64,000 nucleotides of DNA from an uncultured Planctomycetota bacterium (GCA_963849325.1 CAWKHF010000012.1:1280001-1344000), one strand, 5' to 3'; shown: positions 1 to 11,604, numbered from the stretch's first letter. The notes: generated from the letters alone by a model not told the origin. Made by a program: numbers and translations.

Positions 1-1191
1 GGCTCGCGCGGCGGCGGATCGTGCCCGTCACCAATCGCCTTCCGCCCCGAATGCCCGCGACTTGGCTCGACAGGCGTGCGCCGCCGAACGGCGCCTGGCC
101 GTGGCCCGCGGCCGAGGAAGCGCTCGGCCCGCGCCGAACGAACCCTGCTCCAGGCCGACGCCGGCAAGAGGACGGAAGCCGAGAAGAAACGCGACGCGGC
201 CCAGCGACGCCGTCGCCGCGGCCCGCAAGGCGCTCGACGCGCCCGGCGAGACGTACACGCCGCTGCGCGGCGCGCTGAAGACGCCCGAGTCGAACCTGGA
301 GACCGAGGCGTCGCGCAGCCGGCCGTTCCCGACGACGAGCACCGGCCGGCGTTCGGCGCTGGCCCGCTGGATGACCGACCGACGGCACCCGCTGACGGCC
401 CGCGTCGCGGTCAATCACGTCTGGGCGCGGCACTTCGGCCGCCGCTGGTCGCCGACCGTCTTCGACTTCGGCCGCAAGGGCGCCGCCGCCGACGCACCCC
501 GAGTTGCTCGACTGGCTGGCCGTCGAGCTGATGGAGAACGGCTGGAGCATGAAGCACCTGCACCGCCTGATGGTCACATCCGAGCGCCTACCGGCTGACC
601 TCCTCCGCCGCGGGGCCGACGCCGCGAATCGAACGGTCGACCCGGAGAACCGCTATTACTGGCGGATGAACCCGGTCCGCATGGAGGCGCAGGTCGTGCG
701 CGACAGCCTGCTGCACCTGGCCGGCGAGCTGGACGCGACGATGGGCGGCCCGTCCCGATCCCGTGCGCAGACGAGGCGTCGCGGCGGCGCAGCCTCTACT
801 TCGTCCACTCGCACAACGACCACCACGCTTCCTGTCGATGTTCGACGACGCCAGCGTGCTGGAGTGCTACCGCCGGGCGCGAGAGCATCGTCCCGCAGCA
901 GGCGCTGGCCCTGTCGAACAGCCGGCTCGCCCTGGACATGGCCGCCCGCATCGACGCCCGTCTGCACGACCGTCTCGGCCCGGTGCTCCGACACCGCGTT
1001 CGTGCGGGCAGCCTTCGAGACGGTCCTGCCGCCGGCCCGACCGCCGCCGAACAGGCGGAGTGCGAGCAAACCCTGGCGCGGCTGACCGCCTTGCTGGACA
1101 AGCAGGAACGCGCCGGACGCGGTCCGCCGCGCCCGCGGCGATCTCGATCCAGGCGCTGCTCAACCACAACGATTTCATCACCATCCGCTGA
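1..1191 (+). CDS. DUF1553 (PSD1)-type planctomycete protein, 3' part, frameshifted
   Basis: Motifs spread across frames: [81 protein letters not shown]. Followed by DUF1501 as is typical. Confidence 0.85.
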
Positions 1192-1202
1192 ACGAGGCCA
1201 AC

Positions 1203-2678
1203 ATGAGTCCGCGCTGTCCCTGCCATCAACCCGGCCACGGCATCCACCGCCGGACCTTCCTCGCCGACCTGGGCATGGGCTTCACCGGCCTGGCCCTGGG
1301 CGCCATGCTGCACCGCGACGGCCACGCCTCCGACCGGTCCCGCCTGGGCGCCGCCCGACGGCAAGCCCGCACTTCCCGCCGAAGGCCAAGAGCGTCATCT
1401 GGCTGTTCATGAACGGCGGCGTCAGCCACCTGGAGACGTTCGACCCCAAGCCGATGCTCAACCAAGTACGCCGGCAAGACCATCGCCGAGACGCCCTTCA
1501 AGGACACGCAGGATCCCGAGAAGCTGAAGCTGGCCCGCGTCGTCGTCGTCAACGACGCCAACGGCCAGCAGCGCAACAAGCTCTATCCGCTCCAGGTCGG
1601 CTTCCGCAAGCACGGCCAGAGCGGCATCGAGATCAGCGACTGGTGGCCGCACCTCGGCGGCTGCGTCGACGACATCGCCGTCGTCCGCTCGATGTACACC
1701 ACCGACGACAACCACGGCGCCCAGACGCAGTTCCACTCCGGCCGGCACATGCTCGACGGCGAGTTCCCCACGCTCGGCGCCTGGGTCCATTACGGCCTCG
1801 GCTCGCTCAACGACAACCTGCCGCAGTTCGTCTCGATGGGCCGCCGCGAATACTGGAACGCCCGCGACGGCCACTACCTCGGCCCGGCCCACGACGCCGT
1901 CCCGCTGCGCATCGACCCGGCCAACCCGCTCGACTACGGCCAGCCCGAGGGCGACGTCGGCGCCGAGGAGCAGCGGGTCGGCTTCGACCTCGTCGGCCGG
2001 CTCAACCGCCTACGCGCCGTCGAGTACCCCGACGACCCGGCGCTGGCCGCCCGGATCCAGGCCTACGAGCTGGCCTTCCGCATGCAGACGTCGCTGCCCG
2101 AGGTGCTCGAACTTCAACGGCGAGACGGAGGAGACGAAGGCGACTCTACGGCCTGGACGACCCGGAGACCCGCGACTTCGGCATGCAGATGCTGGCGTCG
2201 CGGCGGCTGGTCGAGCGCGGCGTGCGCTTCATCCAGATCCAGCACGGCGCCGGCGGCGCCGGCGTCTGGGACGCCCACGGCGGCCTGCGGGCCAACCACG
2301 CGCGCAACTGTCCGCCAGGTCGACCAGCCGATCGCCGGCCTGCTGAAGGACCTCAAGCGGCGCGGCCTGCTCGACGAGACGATCGTCGTCTTCGCCACCG
2401 AGTTCGGCCGCACGCCCGGCACGCAGGGCTCCGACGGCCGCGACCACCACATCTACGGCTTCTCGGTCTGGCTGGCCGGCGGCGGCATCAAGGGCGGCGT
2501 CGTCCACGGCGCGACCGACGAGATCGGCTTCCACGCCGTCGAGGACCGCCACTACGTCACCGACATCCACGCCACGATCCTGCACCTGCTCGGCCTCGAC
2601 TCGCGGCGGCTGGAGATCCCCGGCCGCAAGCGGCTGGAGATCGACCACGGCCGACCCATCGAGGCCATCATGGCATGA
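1203..2678 (+). CDS. DUF1501 domain protein with Tat-like RRTFL leader, frameshifted
   Basis: [75 protein letters not shown]. Confidence 0.9.
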
Positions 2679-2685
2679 ACCTGGA

Positions 2686-2724
2686 CCGCTTGCGGCTTGG
2701 TGGCAAACGCTAAGCCGCAAGCGG
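2686..2724. repeat. REP-like palindrome, family C
   Basis: ccgcttgcggctt ... aagccgcaagcgg. Related copies at 31125 and 47737. Confidence 0.75.
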
Positions 2725-2979
2725 CTTGAATATCACCCCACCAAACTCTTGGATGAAGCTTTGATTCAAAAAACGGGAAAATGGCAAGATGGTGAAGGTA
2801 GGTGGCTACCTATGTTCGCTAGATTGCTATTCCTCCGTTTATTGAATCAAAGCTCCCTCTCCACGCCGGCAAAGGGTCCGCGTGGCACCGTCCATCCGGG
2901 AAACGACAGAGGACAGCCAACCTTGCGGTCGTCCGTCCTCCATCTGCCTCGGGATGTTCGTTCGTGTTCCCCGAAGGGG

Positions 2980-3366
2980 TCACGGCAATTGCCTGGCGTC
3001 CTCTTTCTTGTCGCTTGGTGCGTCGTCCTTGCTATCGGGCTTGGGAAAGGGCAGAGGTTCCTTGGCGGGCGGCAGCATGGCCGGGTTCGCCGCATTGATC
3101 GCCAGGATGCGTTCCTTGACGATCTGGGCGGACTCGGCGGGCGGCGTCCAGTACTGAACGACCTGGTAATCGGTGTGCGGCGGTCCAAAATACTGCGGCC
3201 ACCAGTACGGATAAGGAGCGTACCAGGTGACGGAGGGCACGAACGCGCCCTCCCTTCCACGCATCGCGGTTCGGACGTCGCAACCGTCCGCTCGGCTCGG
3301 GCTTCCGGTCGAGAACAGGGTCAAAAAGAAACCGGCGGTGAGAAGTAAGGTGATCATACGCGGCAT
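2980..3366 (-). CDS. Hypothetical exported protein, Pro/Trp/Tyr-rich
   Basis: GGAGGAG-like RBS, then MPRMITLLLTAGFFLTLF signal-like N-terminus. Confidence 0.6.
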   Translation of the reverse strand: MPRMITLLLTAGFFLTLFSTGSPSRADGCDVRTAMRGREGAFVPSVTWYAPYPYWWPQYFGPPHTDYQVVQYWTPPAESAQIVKERILAINAANPAMLPPAKEPLPFPKPDSKDDAPSDKKEDARQLP

Positions 3367-3607
3367 GGGCTCCTCCCAAGAGACTCGGCCAGCGCGGGAA
3401 CGTCCGGCCGTGTGATTTTCCATCCGATACAGCCAATCCTATCATTCGGCGCGGCGGGAGGCGGGTGCGTTCTCGGCTGCGCGGCGCTTTTCACCACCAC
3501 CTGCGCCGGATAGTCCCTATGGGCGATACATTTCCTGTCTCCGGAAGGATCGTCTGTCCGTTTATAAGGAATAGGTGTTGCATGTTTTTTTCCAGAAAGG
3601 TTCAGCG

Positions 3608-4282
3608 ATGATGCGACTTGGGAAACTCGGTTTGGTGTTGGCGGTCGTGGCGATGGCGTCCGGCCCGGCGTTGGCGCAGCAGCGTCAGCCGGGCGGCCGC
3701 GGTTTTGGAGGCTTCGGCGGTTCTCCGCTCTTCCTCCTGGCCCAGAAATCGGTCCAGGATGAGCTGAAGCTCTCCGAAGACCAGGTCAAGAAGGTCAAGG
3801 ATCTCAGCGACAAGCAGCGCGGATCGTTCCAGGGTCTGCGCGACCTCAGCCCTGAAGAGCGCCAGAAAAAGATGCAAGAAGCGAGGAAGGCCAATGACAA
3901 GGCGGTTGCCGATATCCTGAAGGCGGAACAACTCAAGCGTCTCAAGCAAATCTCCCTGCAACAGCGCGGAGCACGCGCGTTCAGCGATCCCGAGACGGCC
4001 AAGGCCCTCCATCTCACCGACGGGCAGACGGAGAAAGTGAAAACCATTCTCGAAGCGTCACGGCCCGCGGGCGGTCAGCGCGGTCAGCGCGGTCAGCGGA
4101 CGGAGGAAGAGCGCCAGAAGCTGGACGCGGCACGCAAGGCGACCAACGAGAAGTTGATGAACGTCCTCACGTCCGAGCAGAAGGCGAAGTGGAAGGAATT
4201 GACCGGCGAGCCGTTCAAGGGCGAGATTCGCCGGCCGGAGTTTGGGGGTCGCAATCGGCAGACTCCCCGTCCGGCTCGGTAA
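3608..4282 (+). CDS. Exported helical protein, Spy/CpxP (LTxxQ)-like
   Basis: Signal peptide ending ALA-QQ; repeats LKLSEDQ, LHLTDGQ, VLTSEQKAKWKELTGEPF. Confidence 0.7.
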   Translation: MMRLGKLGLVLAVVAMASGPALAQQRQPGGRGFGGFGGSPLFLLAQKSVQDELKLSEDQVKKVKDLSDKQRGSFQGLRDLSPEERQKKMQEARKANDKAVADILKAEQLKRLKQISLQQRGARAFSDPETAKALHLTDGQTEKVKTILEASRPAGGQRGQRGQRTEEERQKLDAARKATNEKLMNVLTSEQKAKWKELTGEPFKGEIRRPEFGGRNRQTPRPAR

Positions 4283-4393
4283 GGGAAAGCAACGGATGGC
4301 GACACGGGGCAGGAGGGTTGCGCCTCCAAAGCGGGGTAGGCGCGACGCTCCTGCCCCGTCCGTCCGGTGACTGTATTCCAGCAAGGGGAAAAA

Positions 4394-5638
4394 ATGAGGA
4401 AGTTCGTTGTCTTCATGGGCATTGGAGCGGCGTTGTTGCTGTCCGCCGCGGCGCGAGCAGATGATCCGGCGCCGGGCGGCGCGGGCAACGCGCGTTTCCA
4501 GCGCGATCGTTCGCGCGGCTCGCGCGGCTTCGCCGATTGGGACAGCCGCCGAGGAAGCTACGATCGCTCTCGGCGTCAAGAGCTTCGTGACCGAGACGAC
4601 AAATCGGGCGAGGCCGACCGAGGCCGGCGCGACCAGCGCCGCGGCGGTTCGGCCGCCCCTGCGGGCCGTCGTGAAGAGGACCGTGCTCGGCGCGAGGATC
4701 GTCCCGGCGCTCCGCCCGCTCCTCCGGCACGTCGGGAGGAAGGTCGCGGCCGAAGCGACGACCGACGGAGCGGCCCAGCGGCCCCTCCTCGGCCTTCCGC
4801 GGATCGACGCGAAGGGCCAGGACCACGAGAGGGCCGTCCTTCCGTCGGCCCCAGGGGGCGTTTCGATCGAGGAGTCGGCCCGGCGCGCGAGTCGCGTCCG
4901 CCGCAACGGGAAGCCTCGCACCGTCCGGACGAGCGACGTCCTCAGGCGGGACCGGCCCGCGGCCGTTCCTCGTGGCGCGATCGAGGTTCTCGCCAGGGCG
5001 ACTGGCGCTCCCAGGCCCGTGAGTCCGAGCATCGCCGTCCGGGGCAGCGGGGCGCGGAGCAGGGGCGTGGCCGAGGACGAGAGCACAGCTTCCATCGCGG
5101 CACCGCGCGAGGTGGTCGCCTGGGGATGGGTTCGGCGCGGCATGGACGCGGAGGAGAGCATTTCGCCCCACGCGGACGTGCGCAGGCGTCGCAACGTCGA
5201 GGTCACGGTTCGCGCGGCCATCACGCTTTTGGCCATCCCGGCCGCGGCGCACGGCATGAAGGTCGGGGCGAACGAGGGCGTCATGGACCCGCCCATCATG
5301 GTTTTGCACGTGGCTCCCACGGCCGAGGGCATCACGGACATCACGATTCGGGACGCGCTCACGAGGTACGCGGGCGCGGCGGTTGGGGCCGCGAAGCCTG
5401 GCACGGACACGGCCCCGCGCATCGGGGTCAGGGGTCGGGACACTATGGCCGAGGTCATGAAGTCCGCGGGCATCACGGGCGCGGCCATGACGGCCCTTAC
5501 GGTCATGGCTTCGCCGCCCATCGCGACGAAAGGTCACGCGGTCGCGGACAGGGCTTCCATCACTGGGAAGACCGTGGCGGTTTCTCCGCTCATCATTCGG
5601 TGAGCCACGGCCGGGGCGAGTGCCGACATCGCCGATAA
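4394..5638 (+). CDS. Exported low-complexity Arg/Gly/His-rich protein
   Basis: AAGGGG RBS; signal peptide MRKFVVFMGIGAALLLSAAARA; R/D/G-rich middle; H/G-rich C-terminus. Confidence 0.6.
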   Translation: MRKFVVFMGIGAALLLSAAARADDPAPGGAGNARFQRDRSRGSRGFADWDSRRGSYDRSRRQELRDRDDKSGEADRGRRDQRRGGSAAPAGRREEDRARREDRPGAPPAPPARREEGRGRSDDRRSGPAAPPRPSADRREGPGPREGRPSVGPRGRFDRGVGPARESRPPQREASHRPDERRPQAGPARGRSSWRDRGSRQGDWRSQARESEHRRPGQRGAEQGRGRGREHSFHRGTARGGRLGMGSARHGRGGEHFAPRGRAQASQRRGHGSRGHHAFGHPGRGARHEGRGERGRHGPAHHGFARGSHGRGHHGHHDSGRAHEVRGRGGWGREAWHGHGPAHRGQGSGHYGRGHEVRGHHGRGHDGPYGHGFAAHRDERSRGRGQGFHHWEDRGGFSAHHSVSHGRGECRHRR

Positions 5639-5806
5639 ATTGCCGTTACCGTTCCACACTCGCTCGGGGCGATTGATGCTCTGGGCGAGATTGGTCCCGC
5701 CGCGCGGGCGGCCATCGTGCCGTTGAGCCGATGCTTGAAGGACGAGGACGCCGAGATCCGCAAGGCCGCCGCCCTCGCCCTCGGGAAAATCCAGGAGATG
5801 GAGTAA
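5639..5806 (+). pseudogene. HEAT-repeat fragment without its own start codon
   Basis: Translates AIDALGEIGPAARAAIVPLSRCLKDEDAEIRKAAALALGKIQEME*, in frame with and directly after the TAA at 5636-5638. Confidence 0.6.
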
Positions 5807-5813
5807 AGAAATG

Positions 5814-5938
5814 AACCACGGATGAACACAGATGAACGCAGATAAGACAAAGACAAAGGATAAAGGGCGTTTATTTTGTCTCTATTTCTTTTTTGTCTTT
5901 TTTGTCTTATCCGTGTTCATCTGTGTTCATCCGTGGTT
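5814..5938. repeat. Long inverted repeat, family E (CCACGGAT type)
   Basis: 38-bp arms aaccacggatgaacacagatgaac.. / ..gttcatctgtgttcatccgtggtt with 2 mismatches; overlaps the sucD stop codon. Confidence 0.9.
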
Positions 5939-6809
5939 AATTCTTCTTCATCGCTCGCTGGATGGTGGCGCCGAGGTCGGCGGGGCTGTCGGCCACGGCG
6001 ATGCCGGCGGCGCGCAGGGCGGCGATCTTGTCGGCGGCCGTGCCGCTGCCGCCGCTGATGATGGCGCCGGCGTGGCCCATGCGCTTGCCCGGCGGCGCCG
6101 TCTGCCCGGCGATGAACGCCGCCACCGGCTTGCTTACACGCAGCTTGACGTACTCCGCCGCCCTCTCTTCCGCCGTGCCGCCGATTTCGCCAATCAGCAA
6201 GATCGCCTCCGTCCGCGGATCGTCCTGGAACATTTTCAGCAGATCGATCTGCGTGGTGCCGATGATCGGATCGCCGCCGATGCCGACGCACGTTGACTGT
6301 CCCAGGCCGAGGTTGGACAGCTGCCAGACGGCCTCGTAGGTAAGCGTGCCGCTGCGGCTGATGACGCCGACAGGTCCGGGCTTGTGGATATAGCCGGGCA
6401 TGATGCCGATCTTGCACTGGCCCGGCGTGATAATGCCCGGACAGTTGGGGCCGATCAGGCGGCAGTTCTTGTCCTGGAGGAAGCGCATGGTGCGGGCCAT
6501 GTCGAGAACGGGGATGCCCTCGGTGATGGCGACGATGACCTCGATGCCGGCGTCGGCGGCCTCCAGGATAGCGTCGGCGGCGCCGGCGGGCGGCACGAAA
6601 ATCATGGTGGCGTTGGCCCCGGTCTTCTTGACGGCCTCGGCCACAGAGTTGAATAGCGGGAAGCCTTCCTTGGTGGTGCCGCCCTTGCCAGGCACGACAC
6701 CGCCGACGACCTGCGTCCCGTACTCGCGGCACAGCTTGGCGTGATTGGTCCCCGCCTTGCCCATGCCCTGGCAGAGCACGCGCGTGTTCCTGTCCACAAG
6801 GATGCTCAT
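5937..6809 (-). CDS. sucD: Succinyl-CoA ligase alpha subunit
   Basis: [46 protein letters not shown]. Confidence 0.97.
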   Translation of the reverse strand: MSILVDRNTRVLCQGMGKAGTNHAKLCREYGTQVVGGVVPGKGGTTKEGFPLFNSVAEAVKKTGANATMIFVPPAGAADAILEAADAGIEVIVAITEGIPVLDMARTMRFLQDKNCRLIGPNCPGIITPGQCKIGIMPGYIHKPGPVGVISRSGTLTYEAVWQLSNLGLGQSTCVGIGGDPIIGTTQIDLLKMFQDDPRTEAILLIGEIGGTAEERAAEYVKLRVSKPVAAFIAGQTAPPGKRMGHAGAIISGGSGTAADKIAALRAAGIAVADSPADLGATIQRAMKKN

Positions 6810-6815
6810 AGGTAG

Positions 6816-7172
6816 TTAATCCTTCTCCACGAGATGCTCCGAAGCTTCCCAGGCACGTCTCCCTTCGGCCGTCATGTGGAACCATGCCCGCCAAACGTAA
6901 CTTGGCTCGCGCGGGTCCGACACCGTCGAACCGGATTCTTCCAGGCGCGCCGCCAAAAGGCCCGCTTGCACCAGGCTGGTTATCCGCTCCGCGATTTCTT
7001 GCAGCGATGCGGCTCCTCGGGCTGGGCGCAAGTAGTAAGCCCCGCGCTGCCGGTCCTCATAGTGTTCCGCCGAGAAATCCAAACTGATCAGGTGATAAAT
7101 CTGCTCCAGGTTTTCCCAGTCGTCGGCGGTGGCATTCAGGACCTCCCACGCCGTCTTATCGAGAGCGTGCAT
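6816..7172 (-). CDS. Hypothetical protein, possible winged-helix
   Basis: GAGGAG RBS; 118 aa; C-terminal WFHMTAEGRRAW resembles a wHTH wing. Confidence 0.65.
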   Translation of the reverse strand: MHALDKTAWEVLNATADDWENLEQIYHLISLDFSAEHYEDRQRGAYYLRPARGAASLQEIAERITSLVQAGLLAARLEESGSTVSDPREPSYVWRAWFHMTAEGRRAWEASEHLVEKD

Positions 7173-7183
7173 GAACGACTCCT

Positions 7184-7414
7184 CTATGTCCAGTTGGGGC
7201 GGAAGTGCGGCGCCGTGAACCAGGTGCCATCAGGTTTCAGCAGGGTATGCCGAACCAATTCCTCACCCGTGGTTTTGTGGCGAAGCAGCTCTTGAACACT
7301 CGATCCGCCCCGATTCCGCCGGTTGGTGGAGGGGAGGGTCTCCGTTCGTACCATCTCCCATTGCATCGGATCGGTTTCATAGTCGCGGATCCGTTCGGGG
7401 AGTGATCGCGGCAT
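7184..7414 (-). CDS. Small hypothetical protein, toxin-like
   Basis: 76-aa ORF co-oriented between sucC and sucD, ending RHTLLKPDGTWFTAPHFRPNWT. Confidence 0.6.
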   Translation of the reverse strand: MPRSLPERIRDYETDPMQWEMVRTETLPSTNRRNRGGSSVQELLRHKTTGEELVRHTLLKPDGTWFTAPHFRPNWT

Positions 7415-7448
7415 CGTGCGACACCCGAAAATCGATCCTTCTTCTATT

Positions 7449-8641
7449 TTAAGCCTTCGCCGCCGCGACGACCTTCTTCGCCGCCTCCGTCAACCCGCTC
7501 GCCGTGGTGATGTTCAGCCCGCTTTCCGCCAACATCTTGCGGCCCAACTCCACGTTCGTGCCCTCCAGACGCACCACCAGCGGCACGTGGAAACCGACCT
7601 CCTTGAAGGCGGCGAGGATCGCTCCGGCGATGATGTCGCACTGCATGATACCGCCGAAAATGTTCACCAGCACCGCCTTGACGCGCGCGTCGCTCAGCAG
7701 GATGCGGAACGCCTCCGTCACCTGCTCCTTGTTGGCGCCGCCGCCGACGTCGAGGAAGTTGGCCGGCTCGCCGCCGTGATACTTGATGATGTCCATCGTC
7801 GCCATCGCCAGGCCGGCCCCGTTGACCAGGCAACCGATGGTGCCCGTCAGGCTGATGTAACTCAACCCCGAACGACCCGCCCGCAGTTCGGCCGGGTTCT
7901 CCTCCGTCTCGTCGCGCAGCTGGGCGATGTCGGGATGGCAGAACAGGGCGTTGTCGTCGAAGGTCATCTTGGCATCGACCGCCAGCACGTCGCCGTTGTC
8001 CATGACGGCCAGCGGATTGATCTCGGCGAGACTGCAATCCTTCTCCAGGTAGACCTTCGCCAGGGCCGCGACGATCGCCTCGGTCTTCGCCGCCTGCTCG
8101 CCGGAGAAGCCCAGGTCGTAGGCCACCCGCCGGGCCTGGAAGGGCTGCAAGCCGAATTCCGGTTGAACCATCGTCTTGAGGATCTTTTCGGGGCTGTGCG
8201 CGGCGACCTCCTCGATCTCGACACCGCCCTCGGCGCAGGCCATCAGCACCGTGCGCCGACGGCGCGATCGAGCACCATGCCGACGTAGACTTCGCGCACG
8301 ATCTTGGCCGACGCCTCGACGAGAAGCAGCTTCGACACCTTTTGGCCGGACTCGCCGGTCTGCTTGGTCACCAGCGGATACCGGAGCATGACCTCGGCGA
8401 CCGCGCCGGCATCGGCGCGGTTGGTGACGAACTTGACGCCGCCGAAATCCTTGCCGCTGTCCTTGAAGCGTCCCTTGCCACGCCCGCCGGCGTGGACCTG
8501 GGCCTTGACGACGACAGGACCGCCGCCGAGCTGATCGAAGGCTTGCTGCGCCTCGGCCGCCGACGAGGCCACGAGGCCGCGAGGGATGGCAGCACCGGCC
8601 CGCGCCAACAATTCTTTCGCCTGATATTCGTGGATTTTCAT
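7449..8641 (-). CDS. sucC: Succinyl-CoA ligase beta subunit, frameshift near 8255
   Basis: [58 protein letters not shown]. Confidence 0.96.
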
Positions 8642-9011
8642 GCGACTGTCCTCGGAGGGGGTGTCCCGTTCCGCTGCGGGCGTGTCACTCTCTTTATAGG
8701 ATGCTGGTACAGTCCTGGCAGGGCCGCTGGCGGCTTCGATCCAAACCGCAAGGGTCTTACCAACGGTAATGGACGCTCGATCGCATCCGTCCCCCAGGCT
8801 TATCACTCCCTCGATGGCTTGACCAGCCTCCGAAGGCCGCAAGAGTTGCGGCTTGCGGGTATTCGCGCGGTCGTGGAGGCGCGGCGGACTCTTTTCCGAA
8901 ACGCTCCGGTGATTTTTCTTCCAGAATGACCGATCTATCCGGTGTGGGGCGCGACGTGCCCGAGTCGTGTCCCCCAACGATCGTGCTCGCATTCAACCAA
9001 GGCGAACTTCC

Positions 9012-9314
9012 ATGACGCAGCTCCTGCTCCAGTGCATTGGCGAAACGACGAACGAACCGTGCGGCTTGTGCGGCCAGGCGACGACGGCATCCGCGGGCAT
9101 ACGGCTCGTTGTCGCCGGCTCCGGCGCCGCCGTCTGCCTGGAGTGCGGCCGCCGGCACGCGCCGTCGCTGTCGGCCCTGGTCGGCCTCGCCGACGCCGCC
9201 ACGCGCATCGGCCGCATCGGCCGGCATTCGGTCTTTCCGCCATTCACCGCCCTGCTCGACCTGGCCAGCGCCGCCGAGAAGTATGCTCAGACCTCTCCGC
9301 CCGCCACCGGCTGA
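9012..9314 (+). CDS. Small putative Zn-binding protein
   Basis: CGLC and CLEC pairs in a 100-aa ORF. Confidence 0.55.
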   Translation: MTQLLLQCIGETTNEPCGLCGQATTASAGIRLVVAGSGAAVCLECGRRHAPSLSALVGLADAATRIGRIGRHSVFPPFTALLDLASAAEKYAQTSPPATG

Positions 9315-9432
9315 CAACTCCCGCTGTCCTCGTTCGGAAAGAATGCGTGTTTCCGTGAGCGGAGCCGTTACAATCAACGGCACCGGCCGCCAAACATCCG
9401 GCACACGCATCGTCTTTCCTTCGGGGACCGTC

Positions 9433-10603
9433 ATGCTCGAAACCACCCGTCTGCTCCGCGATCTCGTTGCCTTGCCCAGCGTCAACCCCATGGGCCGACC
9501 CCTGCAAGGCCCGGACATCTACGAGCACCGCGTCACCGCCTACCTGGAAGACTTCTTCCGCTCTCTCGGCGTCTCCTACGAACGGCAGTCCGTCGCCCCG
9601 CTGCGCGACAACATCCTGGCCTGGACGGACGCGCCCGGTTCGGCCCCGACGCTGATGTTCGAGGCCCATCAGGACACCGTACCGACGGACAACATGACGA
9701 TCGAGCCGTTCGCGGCGCGGATCGAGGACGGTCGGCTGTACGGTCGCGGCGCCTGCGACATCAAAGGGGGCATGGCCGCGATGCTGGCCGCCTTCGCTCG
9801 ACTGGTGCGCGACAAGCCGCGCGGCGCCGCCCGCGTCGTCATGGTCTGCACCGTCGATGAGGAGTTCACCTTCCTCGGCGTCCAGCATCTGGCCCAGGCG
9901 GACTTGCGGGCGCTTCGCCGGCCTTGTCGGCGCCGTCGTCGCCGAGCCGACGCAGCTGCACATCGTCGATGCCCACAAGGGCGCCGTCCGCTGGGACTTG
10001 ACGACGACGGGCCGATCCTGCCACAGTTCGCGGCCGGAACTCGGCGTCAACGCCATCTATCGCATGGCCGATCTGCTGCCCCTGATCGCGCGCTACGCCG
10101 ACGATCTACGTGCCTCGCGGAGCGATCCGCGCCTGGGACCAGCGACGCTGAGCGTCGGCCGCATCGACGGCGGCACCAGTGTCAACACGGTGCCCGACCA
10201 GTGCCGCATCGAGATCGACCGCCGTCTGCTGCCGGGCGAGGACGCCAAGTCGGCCCTGGGGCAACTGCACGAATACCTGCGGCAGCACGTTGATCCCTCT
10301 CTGGCGTTCGCGTTCTCCGCGCCGTGGCTGTCGGCCCCCGCGCTGAGTCCGACCGGCTCGGCGGAACTGGTGGCTCGCCTCGGACGAGCCATCGACCAGG
10401 TGGCCGGCGCTGATCAGGTGTTGGCGGTGCCCTACGGCACCGACGCCGCGCCCCTGGCGGAGTCCGGCATTCCTTCGGTGGTTTTCGGTCCCGGTGACAT
10501 CGCCCGCGCCCACACCTGCGACGAATGGGTTCCCCTCGCGGAGGTCGAGCAGGCCAGCGAGATCCTCTATCGGTTGGCCTGCGGTGGAGACGGCTATTTC
10601 TAA
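9433..10603 (+). CDS. M20 family metallopeptidase (ArgE/DapE-like), frameshift near 9915
   Basis: LVALPSVNP, AHQDTV, LYGRGACDIKGG, VDEE, EPT, GRSCHSS, GTDA, FGPGDIARAHTCDEW. Confidence 0.9.
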
Positions 10604-10759
10604 TCCAAGCGGACACGGACCATTTCTAAGTTGTCACTCCGGGGTCGTCTCGGTTACGCTGGGAGGTAGGAACGGGAGTCATTTCACGGCCCGTTCGGAG
10701 CGGAGGAGAGGTTGCATCCGCGGTCCTTCGCCAAGAAGCACGTTCCGGGAGCACATTCC

Positions 10760-11604
10760 ATGAAAGGCAACGTGAATCCCTTCGAGCCGTGGCGCCCCTC
10801 GGGACGGGATGTTCCGCCGCCGGTCCACGCTGCCCGGCCCTGGCGTCCGCCGCAGAGGAGGCGGGCTGGCGCCGCCGAGGAGGAGCCGCCCTTCGTCGAA
10901 CCCGTCGATCCGCCGGTTCGCAAGGACCGACCCAAGCGGGAGCGACGGCCCGAGCCGGAACGACGGCGACGGCCGCAGCCGTCTACCCTGAACCCACCCA
11001 TCTCGGAGTTGCGGACAGATCAGAAGGTCGTCTTGGCGATGTTCTTCGTCCTGGTCCCTTTGGGTTTGGCCGGCCTGGGTTGGCTCGGCGGCACGCACCT
11101 GCCGCGCGTGGTCGTCACGCTGCTGACCGTCGCCGTCGGTTTCACCACCGGCCTTTCGTTGGCCCATCGACGGAGCTGGTATGTGCGACTGGGCTGGATG
11201 GCGGTCGGCCTGGCCCTGGCCGCTCTGTCCGGCTGGTTCGTGCCGACCACGCGCGGCGTCAACCTCTGGTCGGCGTACCAGCGCGTGGATGAACTGCACG
11301 CTCTGTCGGCGGGAGATGTTGCCGGATACACGCGCGGGCGCCGGGCCGTCAGGAGGTGGTCGCGGAATTTCCGACCTTTGCCGGAGACGTGACCGCCGCC
11401 GAGAAGGCATGGCTCCGCCGCACGGTGGACGCCGCCGTTGAGGAGGCCGACCGGCAGCTGGAGACCGATCCGCACCAGGCGGTCGCCGACCTTCACCATC
11501 TGAACGCGGCCCTCGAACGCCTGGAACACTACCCGCTGGTCCGGGCCGAGTTGGCGTCGGCCCGTCGGCGGGCGCTGCAAGCCTGCCGGAAGGCGGCGCG
11601 GTAG
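10760..11604 (+). CDS. Hypothetical membrane protein, frameshift near 11340
   Basis: Pro/Arg-rich N-terminus, three hydrophobic segments, continuation in ORF 11356..11604. Confidence 0.6.

Noticed and set aside
4071-4097. 9-bp tandem repeat gcggtcagc x3
   Set aside because: Simply encodes a GQR linker within the Spy-like protein
4058-5603. Long overlapping ORFs in other frames over the R/G/H-rich gene
   Set aside because: Expected from stop-poor GC-rich low-complexity DNA; only the 4394 frame has an RBS and signal peptide
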